A stretch of 64,000 bases of DNA. Source: an uncultured Gammaproteobacteria bacterium. Its GTDB lineage: Bacteria; Patescibacteriota; Patescibacteriia; Patescibacteriales; UBA12465. Below, piece by piece: positions 20,055-28,525 of the stretch. A program made the translations under genes and the position numbers. A model generated the notes under the pieces. It did no database searches. It was not told the DNA's origin and saw only the letters and a program-made list of their open reading frames with translations. Where the stretch lies: NCBI GenBank assembly GCA_964470695.1, contig CAYYDR010000001.1, positions 75,405-139,404 on the forward strand. Direction: 5' to 3'. Within the stretch, counting starts at the first letter, position 1. Each line of letters opens with the position of its first letter.

Positions 20055-21527
20055 TTATTTTATCAAAATCATCTTTTTTACTTCATGTAGACCGTTGGCG
20101 CTAAGTCTATAGGTGTAAATTCCGCTAGATAAGCCTTGGCCGTTAAAATTAACCTGATAGTTTCCAGCCGCCTTTGTTTCGCTAACTAATTCAGCCACCT
20201 CTTTCCCTAGAGCGTCATAAACTTTTAGGGTGACAAAAGTGGTTTTGGGAAGGCTGAAACTAATGGTCGTCGTTGGGTTGAAGGGATTGGGGTAATTTTG
20301 GTTAATTGATAATGAAGCGGGGATGGCAATATCTAACGATATCTCATCGCTATACTCATAGCTACCGTCATTATCAATAATTTTTAGCCGATAGTAATTT
20401 ATTCCTGAACTCGGGTTAATATCGGTAAAGGAATAAAATTTTGGCGAGTTGCTATTACCAGACCCAGGGACAGAACCTATTTTGATCCAATTTTGATCCA
20501 GGAATTTTTTTTCTATTTGGAACATGTAACTATTTACTTCTGTTGCCGTTTGCCAGTTTAAAATTGTCTGGTTATTAACTGAGCTAGCAGTGAAATTTTG
20601 CAATTCAACCGGCAGAGGAGCATCGGTAGCCGTAATATTGTAAACAGTTCCGGCTGTCATGGCTGTGGTATTTAACCCTGATGGCCAAATACCATCGGCG
20701 TCAGTAGCAAAACCGTAGCTAGTGCCGTCAGAATTAAAGGTTTCAATTCTGCGGATGCCGTTTGGATTTTCAACTGGCGCTACTAGCCCATATTTGCCAG
20801 CCACGTTATTAACTGTTGCATAGAAAGCTGGATAAGAATATGCGCCGCTATTTTCATTAATAGTGTTGCTTTCTACAATATAGCCATGTAAGGGCCTATC
20901 GGTGGGGCTAGGATTTTCCTGGCTATAGATAAAAATGAATTTTCCGTCAGGAGCTAGCGACGTGCCGCTAATGAAAGCACATTCATTATTCCAGGGCGAA
21001 GTAAATTCCCCAGAAGTTAGCGAAGTTGAGTTGCTGATAATTCTGCTGGAGCGAGAAACCGTGCCTGATCCATCGCCATTATCATGGATAAGACAGAGAT
21101 GAGCGCTGGCATACTGGAAGCGGTAGTTGCTTATAGGTACTATTACTACCCAAGTAGTTATTTCTCCAGCAGCGTTGGCAGTTATATCAGTAGAGCTAAG
21201 CATAGTTAGGTCAGATGCGGGAGTGTTATCCTGCCCGCTGGCTACTTTTAAGACCCCTCCATTATCGTATTCGGGGAAGTAGTAATAACCCACCCCGTAT
21301 TGGTTAAAGGAAGCTTCCGTAATATCATCAGCGCTAATCATGCCCGCCGCGAATTTATACGTGGCTGACGCGGTTAGTCCGCTTATTTTTACTCTGTAAG
21401 CAGTCGCCATACTGTTGGCACTGCTATAACTGTTGCCTCCGACATAGAGCGGAAATACTAATTCGGTCATTGTCGGTTGCGCCATAATTTTTATGGCTAA
21501 AAATAGCAAAAAAATCATTTTTTTCAT
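20055..21527 (-). CDS. Secreted protein with an FCB-type (T9SS/Por-like) C-terminal sorting domain
   Basis: Signal peptide MKKMIFLLFLAIKIMA-QP. Fn3-like module (VELQNFTA...NWQTATEVNSYMFQIEKK...YYRLK..D.DG). C-terminal ~80 aa NYPNPFNPTTTISFSLP...LKVYDALGKEV...GIYTYRL...KKMILIK. Confidence 0.7.
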   Translation of the reverse strand: MKKMIFLLFLAIKIMAQPTMTELVFPLYVGGNSYSSANSMATAYRVKISGLTASATYKFAAGMISADDITEASFNQYGVGYYYFPEYDNGGVLKVASGQDNTPASDLTMLSSTDITANAAGEITTWVVIVPISNYRFQYASAHLCLIHDNGDGSGTVSRSSRIISNSTSLTSGEFTSPWNNECAFISGTSLAPDGKFIFIYSQENPSPTDRPLHGYIVESNTINENSGAYSYPAFYATVNNVAGKYGLVAPVENPNGIRRIETFNSDGTSYGFATDADGIWPSGLNTTAMTAGTVYNITATDAPLPVELQNFTASSVNNQTILNWQTATEVNSYMFQIEKKFLDQNWIKIGSVPGSGNSNSPKFYSFTDINPSSGINYYRLKIIDNDGSYEYSDEISLDIAIPASLSINQNYPNPFNPTTTISFSLPKTTFVTLKVYDALGKEVAELVSETKAAGNYQVNFNGQGLSSGIYTYRLSANGLHEVKKMILIK

Positions 21528-21679
21528 GAAGTCCTCGTCCTTTTTTAGTGATTTGATGTATTTACGGTTTTAAACTAATTTTTAAAGTACTTAGCTAATC
21601 TTAAATAATTTCTGTTAACATTATATAATAGTATGTTATTTGATAAAAAGCAACCGTTCAACAGATGTCAAAATGCTCG

Positions 21680-21708
21680 TTGACTAAAGGGTAAAAATGA
21701 AGTAATAT
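21680..21708 (+). promoter_or_regulatory. Sigma70-like promoter for infB
   Basis: TTGACT (21680-21685), 17-nt spacer, TAATAT (21703-21708). Confidence 0.5.
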
Positions 21709-21808
21709 TAAAAAACAAGCAGGGTTATTATAAGCTTAATTTAAGCTTTTTATTTTACTAATATTAGATAGCTTTTTTCGGTTAAACCGTGATTAGCTAA
21801 CAAACAAC

Positions 21809-23782
21809 ATGAACATTACCGAGCTAGCCCGTATTCTAAGAATCTCTCCGCAAGAACTGCATGATCTATTGCCGCAGCTTGGTTTTGCTATTGGTCAGAA
21901 AGCGATTAAAGTAGATAATAACACGGCTAAGAAAATTATTAAGGATTGGCCATTTTTAAGACGTCAGTGGGAGCAGAAGAAGATGGCGGCCGCTATTAAG
22001 AAGCAGGACGAGGTTCTACCTAAGGAAAAAAAGACAGTTATGGTTCCTAAGGTTATTACCGTTCGTGCCTATGCCGAACTGGCCGGCATTCCAGTTAACC
22101 GAGTTTTAATGGAACTAATGAAAAATGGCGTTTTTACTTCTATCAATGAAAAGATTGATTTTGACACCGCGACTATTATTGGCGAAAATCTTAACTTAGA
22201 TATACAGTTAGCTGAAGCTAAGATTGAAGATAATGAGCACGAAGATAAAAAATTAGAGGCCATTTTAGCCAATGAAGACGTTAAGGACATGAAGGAGCGT
22301 CCGCCGGTTATTGTTGTAATGGGCCACGTTGATCATGGTAAGACCAGATTATTAGATTCTATTCGTAGCACTAACGTTGTAGCTGGTGAAGCGGGCGGCA
22401 TTACTCAGCATATTGGCGCTTATCAGATTGTTCGTAACGGTCGCGTGCTAACCTTTATTGATACGCCTGGCCACGAAGCGTTTACTGCTATGCGTAGCCG
22501 TGGCGCTAAAGTGGCGGACATTGCTATCTTGGTAGTAGCGGCTGATGACGGCGTAAAACCTCAGACCGTTGAAGCTTTCCGTATTATTGAAGCGGCTAAG
22601 ATACCTTATTTGGTCGCCATGAATAAAATTGATAAGCCGGCGGCTGATATAAACCGCACTAAACAGGAATTATCTACTCAACTTAATATTACTCCGGAAG
22701 ATTGGGGCGGCAAAACTATTTGCGCGCCTATCTCCGCTAAAGACGGAACGGGTATTGAAGAACTATTAGATATGGTTCTCTTAGTTGCCGAAACAGAAAG
22801 TAATGGTTTGCAGGCTAACCCTGAAGCTGATGCCGCTGGAACAGTTGTGGAGTCTAATGTTGATAAAGGAGCCGGGCCGGTAGCGACTATTTTAGTTCAA
22901 AATGGGACTCTGAGAGTCGGCGATCAGCTTTGTTTTAATGAGGTGGTTTATGGCAAGGTAAAATCTTTAAAAAATTATAAAGGTGAAGAAGTAGAATCAG
23001 CCGGGCCGTCCACGCCGGTAAAAATTTTAGGTTTAAAAATTTCTCCCGCCGTCGGTGATATTTTAAATGTTGGCGAAGGAGAAAAAGTTAGAGCCAAAAA
23101 AATTAAGGTCAGTTCGCAGGCGGCTGATGTCATGCCAGTCACTAGCGATGATAATCCTGAGGATAAAACGCCACGCGTTAAAGTTATTATTAAAACTGAC
23201 TTCCTTGGTTCAGCCGAAGCGATTGAAGAATCATTATTGAAATTAAATAACGAAAAAGTAAAAGTGCGCGTCATTAGCAAAGGCCTGGGTTATATAACGG
23301 AAGGCGATGTTAAGAGAGCGGAAGACACCGGCGCTAAAATTTTAGGTTTTAATGTCCGCATTTCACCGGCTATAGAAACTCTGGTTAGAGAAAAACAGGT
23401 AACCGTTAAAGTATTCTCAGTTATTTATGATTTAATTAGATTTATTAAGGAGGAGATGCAGCTGCTTGTTAAGCCAGAAATAAACCGGGTTGATTTAGGC
23501 CGTTTAAAAGTTTTAGCCGTATTTAGAACCGAAAATAACAGCCAGATTATTGGTGGTAAAGTTTTAGATGGCGCCATTAAAAATAATAGTTTAATTGATG
23601 TAAAGCGCGGCGATGATTTTATTGTCTCCGGCCGCTTGACTCGCCTACAGTCTGGCAAGCAGGATGTAGAATCGGTTAATAAGGATGAAGAGGCTGGACT
23701 AAAATATGAGGGCAAGCCGGTTATTGCCGTCGGCGATATTCTTAACATCTATCAGGAGGAAAGAATAGTTGATAAAATTTAA
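21809..23782 (+). CDS. infB: Translation initiation factor IF-2
   Basis: G domain [18 protein letters not shown]-terminal IF2 domains. Confidence 0.97.
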   Translation: MNITELARILRISPQELHDLLPQLGFAIGQKAIKVDNNTAKKIIKDWPFLRRQWEQKKMAAAIKKQDEVLPKEKKTVMVPKVITVRAYAELAGIPVNRVLMELMKNGVFTSINEKIDFDTATIIGENLNLDIQLAEAKIEDNEHEDKKLEAILANEDVKDMKERPPVIVVMGHVDHGKTRLLDSIRSTNVVAGEAGGITQHIGAYQIVRNGRVLTFIDTPGHEAFTAMRSRGAKVADIAILVVAADDGVKPQTVEAFRIIEAAKIPYLVAMNKIDKPAADINRTKQELSTQLNITPEDWGGKTICAPISAKDGTGIEELLDMVLLVAETESNGLQANPEADAAGTVVESNVDKGAGPVATILVQNGTLRVGDQLCFNEVVYGKVKSLKNYKGEEVESAGPSTPVKILGLKISPAVGDILNVGEGEKVRAKKIKVSSQAADVMPVTSDDNPEDKTPRVKVIIKTDFLGSAEAIEESLLKLNNEKVKVRVISKGLGYITEGDVKRAEDTGAKILGFNVRISPAIETLVREKQVTVKVFSVIYDLIRFIKEEMQLLVKPEINRVDLGRLKVLAVFRTENNSQIIGGKVLDGAIKNNSLIDVKRGDDFIVSGRLTRLQSGKQDVESVNKDEEAGLKYEGKPVIAVGDILNIYQEERIVDKI

Positions 23783-23787
23783 ACTTT

Positions 23788-23816
23788 GATTCCCGCGACT
23801 CGCGGGAATCTTTATT
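23788..23816 (+). terminator. Hairpin between infB and rbfA (terminator or attenuator)
   Basis: Perfect 10-bp stem GATTCCCGCG-ACT-CGCGGGAATC, then TTTATT. It ends 3 nt before the rbfA ATG. Confidence 0.5.
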
Positions 23817-23818
23817 AT

Positions 23819-24163
23819 ATGTCCAAAGTGCCCCGTATTAATGAATTGATTTTAGAAGAGTTAGCCCTAGCTGTTAACAGAGAAGTGGGAGTAGAAAATG
23901 CTCTTATTACTATTACCTATGTAGAATGCAGCGAAGACTTAAAGCAGGCTAAAATTGGCTTTTCCGTTTTGCCTGATAATTTAGCCGGGACGGCTTTAAG
24001 AAAGCTAACGGCCGCGACCAGCCAGCTAGTCGGTATTTTAAGGAGTCGTTTGAAATTGCGCCGTATGCCGCGTTTTATTTGGGAATTTGATTCTACCGAG
24101 CGCGAAGCCAGTAAAATTGAGCAATTAATCGCTGAGGCTAATAGAGAGGCTAGCCAAGAATAA
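23819..24163 (+). CDS. rbfA: Ribosome-binding factor A
   Basis: RINELILEELA N-terminal pattern, ~115 aa, conserved infB-rbfA synteny. Start moved to the ATG at 23819. Confidence 0.85.
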   Translation: MSKVPRINELILEELALAVNREVGVENALITITYVECSEDLKQAKIGFSVLPDNLAGTALRKLTAATSQLVGILRSRLKLRRMPRFIWEFDSTEREASKIEQLIAEANREASQE

Positions 24164-24187
24164 TAGATATTTAGAGTTATTGGGAAG

Positions 24188-24216
24188 AAGTCCAGCGGGT
24201 CTGGACTTTTTTGTTT
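24188..24216 (+). terminator. Intrinsic terminator after rbfA
   Basis: AAGTCCAG-CGGG-TCTGGACTT followed by TTTTT. Confidence 0.7.
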
Positions 24217-24238
24217 ATTTCCTTTAGAATAACGGGTT

Positions 24239-25249
24239 ATGAATTTACATGATAAATTACAATTAGCCTACTCTAAAATAGCCGCGGCGGAAAGAGTTTT
24301 GATAGTCGGTCATACTTCTCCTGATGCTGATGCTATTGCTTCTATTGGCGCTATGATTGAAATAGCTCAGTCTTTAGGTTTGGGATTTTACGCTTTTGCT
24401 GACAAGAAAGTTGATGGCGCCTATTCTTTTATTCCTCATGAGGATTTAATTAGATCTGAGGAGCCAGACGATTTGAGAGTTTTTGATGTAATACTAGTCT
24501 TAGATTGTGGTTCTATTTCCCGGACTGGCCTAGAAGTTCGTTTGCGTAATCTTATTAAGGCTAATGGCGATGGTCGCCTAGAAACTAGGCCTTATATAAT
24601 TGAGCTTGATCATCATCAGCCCTCAGAAAGTTATGCCGACTTAGAGCTCCGTCTGCCAGACAAGGCCTCTACTACCGAAATAATTTATCATTTACTGAAA
24701 GCTAATAATATTGAAGTTAATAGAACCTTGGCTAATTGTATTTTAATTGGCCTAATGACGGATACCGGCCATTTTTTACATGCCAATTCTTCACGTGAGG
24801 CACTAGCTGTTTCTTCGGAAATGTTATTGCGCGGTGCTTCACTGCCACGCATTATTGATCATACCGTTAATAATAAAAGTTTCGCCTCGCTTAAAGTTTG
24901 GGGTCGAGCCATAGATAATATGCATCTTGATTCTGAGACTGGGTTTGCCTTTTCGGCTTTAACAGCCCAGGAACTAGATGAACTTATGCCAGAGGAATAT
25001 TCCAGTTCGGGAGCTGATCTATTCGGTGATATTGTTTCCTTCCTCAGCACTTTAAGTGGCGTTAAGGTTGCCTTGCTACTTCGTGAAGAAAAGGGTAGGG
25101 TAAAAGGAAGTCTAAGAACTAATGATGATATTATTGATGTAGCGTCTATTGCTCAGCATTGGGGTGGCGGCGGGCACAAGAAAGCAGCCGGATTTTCTGT
25201 AAGCGGTAGATTATTAAAAAAAGATAAAGGATGGGGTATAATAAAGTAG
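24239..25249 (+). CDS. nrnA: DHH/DHHA1 phosphoesterase (NrnA-like nanoRNase / pAp phosphatase)
   Basis: GHTSPDADAIAS, LDHHQP (DHH motif), DHHA1 GGGGH. Confidence 0.8.
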   Translation: MNLHDKLQLAYSKIAAAERVLIVGHTSPDADAIASIGAMIEIAQSLGLGFYAFADKKVDGAYSFIPHEDLIRSEEPDDLRVFDVILVLDCGSISRTGLEVRLRNLIKANGDGRLETRPYIIELDHHQPSESYADLELRLPDKASTTEIIYHLLKANNIEVNRTLANCILIGLMTDTGHFLHANSSREALAVSSEMLLRGASLPRIIDHTVNNKSFASLKVWGRAIDNMHLDSETGFAFSALTAQELDELMPEEYSSSGADLFGDIVSFLSTLSGVKVALLLREEKGRVKGSLRTNDDIIDVASIAQHWGGGGHKKAAGFSVSGRLLKKDKGWGIIK

Positions 25250-25308
25250 TTAATAGATATTGGTTTTTTGTTCTTTTGAATTAGATAAATAATTGCTAGG
25301 AGGAGGAA

Positions 25309-25563
25309 ATGAAAAGATCGTTGCTTTGTTTGTTGTCCTGGGTTTCTATCGGGGTATTGGCTTATTCGATCGGCAGAGGAGCAGATTATATTATTGAGGC
25401 TTATCATTATATGATGCTTCATTACATCTGGTCCATCGTTTTGAGCGGATTATTAATTTTTGTAATAATCTTTGTAAAGGTTGGTTGGGCCGGCAAATTA
25501 ATAAAAAAGTATAAGGAAAGGAATGTTGTTTATCTCAATTTAGATGATGACAACCGTCTGTGA
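25309..25563 (+). CDS. Hypothetical small membrane protein (2 TM)
   Basis: 84 aa, strong SD AGGAGGAGGA, two hydrophobic helices. Confidence 0.5.
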   Translation: MKRSLLCLLSWVSIGVLAYSIGRGADYIIEAYHYMMLHYIWSIVLSGLLIFVIIFVKVGWAGKLIKKYKERNVVYLNLDDDNRL

Positions 25564-25595
25564 TGTTCACAGACTCTCCTTATTAGGTAAAAGTT

Positions 25596-25631
25596 TCAAA
25601 AACCCGAGCTGTGCTTAAGCCCGGGTTTTTA
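25596..25631. terminator. Terminator (AAAAACCCGAG...CCCGGGTTTTT type)
   Basis: Stem AAACCCG / CGGGTTT with flanking A- and T-runs. The same motif recurs at 26776 and 46285. Confidence 0.65.
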
Positions 25632-25644
25632 ATTTACTTATGTA

Positions 25645-25673
25645 TTGACAGTTATCTAAATATATTGTATAAT
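25645..25673 (+). promoter_or_regulatory. Consensus sigma70-like promoter for the 303-aa membrane protein
   Basis: TTGACA (25645-25650), 17-nt spacer, TATAAT (25668-25673). About 110-nt AT-rich leader. Confidence 0.6.
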
Positions 25674-25785
25674 TATTAATTACATTAAATATTGCTATTA
25701 ATAGCATAAAAAAAGATCTTTTAAAAATAATTTAATTTTTTAAATTCATAAATAACTGTATTATCATTAATTTGGGAGAATAACA

Positions 25786-26697
25786 ATGAAAGTAGCTATT
25801 TCCGAGCTTTTTGGTTATAAGAAGGATAATTATATTGCCTATCTTATAATTTTTGTATTTTTATCAGCCTGCCTTCTATTGGCAGTGAACATGATTGAAA
25901 TATTGAGTTTTCTGGGAGTATCTTTTGTTAATTTCGGCTCTTGGCTAGCTAGCAATATTATCATTCTAGCCATGATGGATATAGCCATGGGTCTATCAGT
26001 TTGGCTTTTAAAGAGTCGAATAGGATTCTTTTATGACTTACGCCAAGGTTTTCGTGGCTGGTGGAGTTGTAATTATAAGGCCTTTTTCCGGTGGTCCATT
26101 GGCATTATATCTGTGTTACTAGTTTCCGGCTTGGCAATCCGTTGGTGGGATTATCTGGTTAGTTTCTTGGCCGGAGCCTGGGGCGTCATATCTTGGCCGT
26201 TTATTCAGTTATGGGCTATTAAGTTTTGGGCCCTTGGCTTAGTCGCTATTGTTATTATATTCTCAGTCAGCGCCTCTGTAATTGGGAAAATAAAACAAAG
26301 AAAAATAAAAGGAGCTGAACTCGAGGCCAACAAAATAGAAGAAAGCAACCGACTGGCCGAAGAAGAAAGAATGTTAACTTTGATAAAAAGAGGGGAAGCG
26401 AGCAGCTTTTTACTTCAATCTTATCATCCCGTTAAGTTAATTTATCGCCCTGGCCACATTACTAGAACGTTAAATCTCGTTAAGAAGGCCTGGGACGAAG
26501 AAAATGATCCGACTGTATTGGCTCATATCACTAAGTTTATGGAAGATTGGTTTGCCGGTTTTCCTCAGACGATTAATCGTGGGGATTTATTGACCATGAT
26601 GATAGATATACTGGAAGAGGGAATTAGTAAGAACATTCTTCCGCGCGATCAATACAGCCATTTATGTTTCTACCTTAAACTAAAAAATAGTAGGTAG
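25786..26697 (+). CDS. Hypothetical polytopic membrane protein with a soluble C-terminal domain
   Basis: 303 aa, SD GGGAG, about 5-6 hydrophobic helices, then a ~130-aa charged/soluble region. Confidence 0.55.
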   Translation: MKVAISELFGYKKDNYIAYLIIFVFLSACLLLAVNMIEILSFLGVSFVNFGSWLASNIIILAMMDIAMGLSVWLLKSRIGFFYDLRQGFRGWWSCNYKAFFRWSIGIISVLLVSGLAIRWWDYLVSFLAGAWGVISWPFIQLWAIKFWALGLVAIVIIFSVSASVIGKIKQRKIKGAELEANKIEESNRLAEEERMLTLIKRGEASSFLLQSYHPVKLIYRPGHITRTLNLVKKAWDEENDPTVLAHITKFMEDWFAGFPQTINRGDLLTMMIDILEEGISKNILPRDQYSHLCFYLKLKNSR

Positions 26698-26775
26698 TAA
26701 AAATCAACTCAGTTTTAAAAGGCTCAAGAATAACTTGAGCCTTTTCCATTTATATCAGATAATTAATTAGAATTC

Positions 26776-26812
26776 CAAAAACCCGAGTTTTTTAAGCCCG
26801 GGTTTTTATTTT
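26776..26812. terminator. Bidirectional terminator (same motif family)
   Basis: AAAAACCCGAG-TTTTTTAAG-CCCGGGTTTTT. Confidence 0.65.
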
Positions 26813-27488
26813 ATTTTTTAATATTTTTTTGCTGTTTTTTCTGCCATTCTTTAATTTTTTTATGGTCACCAGACAGGAGGATCTTTGGCACCGGATATTT
26901 TTTATTTCCCGCCTTAAATACTTCTGGTCTAGTGTACTGCGGATATTCGGCAATACCATTTTCAGAATGAGTTTCCTCAATTATGCTGTCAGCGTTGCCT
27001 AAAACTCCAGGCAAAAGGCGGGTAATAGAATCAATAATAGTTAGAGCCGGCAGTTCTCCGCCCGTTAAGACATAATCGCCGACCGAAATTTCTTCATCAA
27101 TGAATTCTTTAATTCTGGCGTCAACTCCTTCATAGCGTCCGCAGATTAAAATTAGTTCTTCCAACTTAGAATATTTTTGGGCTAAATCTTGCGACCACTT
27201 CTTTCCCGAGGCGGAGAGAAGAATGATCTTTTTCTTTTTGGCAGGAACCTTTTTGCTTATTTTTTTTATATCACTCAGAGCTTTATATAGAGGCTCTATC
27301 TTCATGAGCATGCCCGCCCCGCCACCATACGGCGCGTCGTCAACGCTGCGGTGCCTATCCGTCGTCCAATCGCGTAAGTTATGGATTTTGAATTGGACTA
27401 TTTTTTTAGCTTGGGCTCTTTTTAAGATAGCCTCGTTTAAGTAAGAATCAAAGATTTTAGGGAAAATAGTTAACAGTTGGAATTTCAT
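26811..27488 (-). CDS. trmD: tRNA (guanine37-N1)-methyltransferase TrmD
   Basis: MKFQLLTIFP, YGGGAGM, CGRYEGVDAR motifs. Confidence 0.95.
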   Translation of the reverse strand: MKFQLLTIFPKIFDSYLNEAILKRAQAKKIVQFKIHNLRDWTTDRHRSVDDAPYGGGAGMLMKIEPLYKALSDIKKISKKVPAKKKKIILLSASGKKWSQDLAQKYSKLEELILICGRYEGVDARIKEFIDEEISVGDYVLTGGELPALTIIDSITRLLPGVLGNADSIIEETHSENGIAEYPQYTRPEVFKAGNKKYPVPKILLSGDHKKIKEWQKKQQKNIKK

Positions 27489-27534
27489 AATTATTATTTC
27501 TGACTAATAAAATAGTTATATGCTTATTATAACA

Positions 27535-27567
27535 AAAATCCCCTAATTTTGAGAGGGGATTTTTGTT
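27535..27567. terminator. Bidirectional terminator
   Basis: AAAAATCCCCT-loop-AGGGGATTTTT. Confidence 0.65.
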
Positions 27568-27587
27568 TATGTGATTTTTTCTTTGAT

Positions 27588-27920
27588 TTAGATTTTTAAA
27601 TCATCAATCGCGGAAGTATCAATGTCATCATGGCGAGACTCATGGCGAGCTTCACTGCGATGACTGCCACCTTCTGGATCATAGATCTTCAGGTTCACGC
27701 GAGAGTTATTTTTAGCACCAATTATTTTTAATAAGGTGCGGATTGACTGCGCGGTTTGACCCTTGCGGCCAATAACATAACCCATGTCGGCCGGGTTGGT
27801 CTTGAGGGTCAATAAGACACCTCTCTCATCAATCGTCCGGTCTACGACTACATCGTTCGGGTTAGCGACGATGGCTTTTACTACCATTTCCAGGAACTGT
27901 TTGTCTTCCATAGTTTTCAT
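27588..27920 (-). CDS. KH-domain RNA-binding protein (YlqC/UPF0109-like)
   Basis: GYVIGRKGQTAQSIR KH motif. Sits in the conserved position between rpsP and trmD. Extra charged C-terminal tail. Confidence 0.8.
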   Translation of the reverse strand: MKTMEDKQFLEMVVKAIVANPNDVVVDRTIDERGVLLTLKTNPADMGYVIGRKGQTAQSIRTLLKIIGAKNNSRVNLKIYDPEGGSHRSEARHESRHDDIDTSAIDDLKI

Positions 27921-28060
27921 TCGTCTTTCCTATTGAACGTATTTAAATCCGATCAAAGGGAAAAGAAATTTATTAATGAGCTGCCACTGCAGCAACTTTA
28001 TGTTAATAATGATAACTCTTTACGGGGAATTGTCAATGTTTCTTCAATTATTTTGCTAAC

Positions 28061-28453
28061 TTAAGCGTTAGTTTCTGCCGGAGCTTCTTCCTTAACTTCA
28101 GGAGCAGCTTCAACAACCGGCGCCTCTACTTTAACAGCTTTTTTATCAGCTTTAACTTTAAGTTGGGCTAAACGCTTTTCGCTTGGTTTGCCTTTCTTAG
28201 AGGCTGTGGCCTTAGAGCCGTCAATAATTTTTTGGCCGACCAATAGGTTATTAACCGTAGCGGTCATCTGTGCTCCTTTAGAAATCCAATACTTAACTCT
28301 ATCCGCTTTCGCGACTAAAGCTTTAGAATGAGGATTGTAGGAACCTAAAATCTCTAAGACATCACCGTATGGATCGCGGCCTTTCTCAGAAATTACTAAC
28401 CGGAACATTTTTTTGTTGGTTTTACCGGTTTGGGACAGTTTGATTGCTAGCAT
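28061..28453 (-). CDS. rpsP: 30S ribosomal protein S16 with an Ala/Lys/Glu-rich C-terminal extension
   Basis: MLAIKLSQTGKTNKKMFRLV N-terminus is typical of S16. Confidence 0.9.
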   Translation of the reverse strand: MLAIKLSQTGKTNKKMFRLVISEKGRDPYGDVLEILGSYNPHSKALVAKADRVKYWISKGAQMTATVNNLLVGQKIIDGSKATASKKGKPSEKRLAQLKVKADKKAVKVEAPVVEAAPEVKEEAPAETNA

Positions 28454-28525
28454 AATTTTGTTTATCAGTATTATTTTATATTGGAAAATAATAGCTTAAT
28501 TTTAGATAAAAGTCAATGGTTTAAT

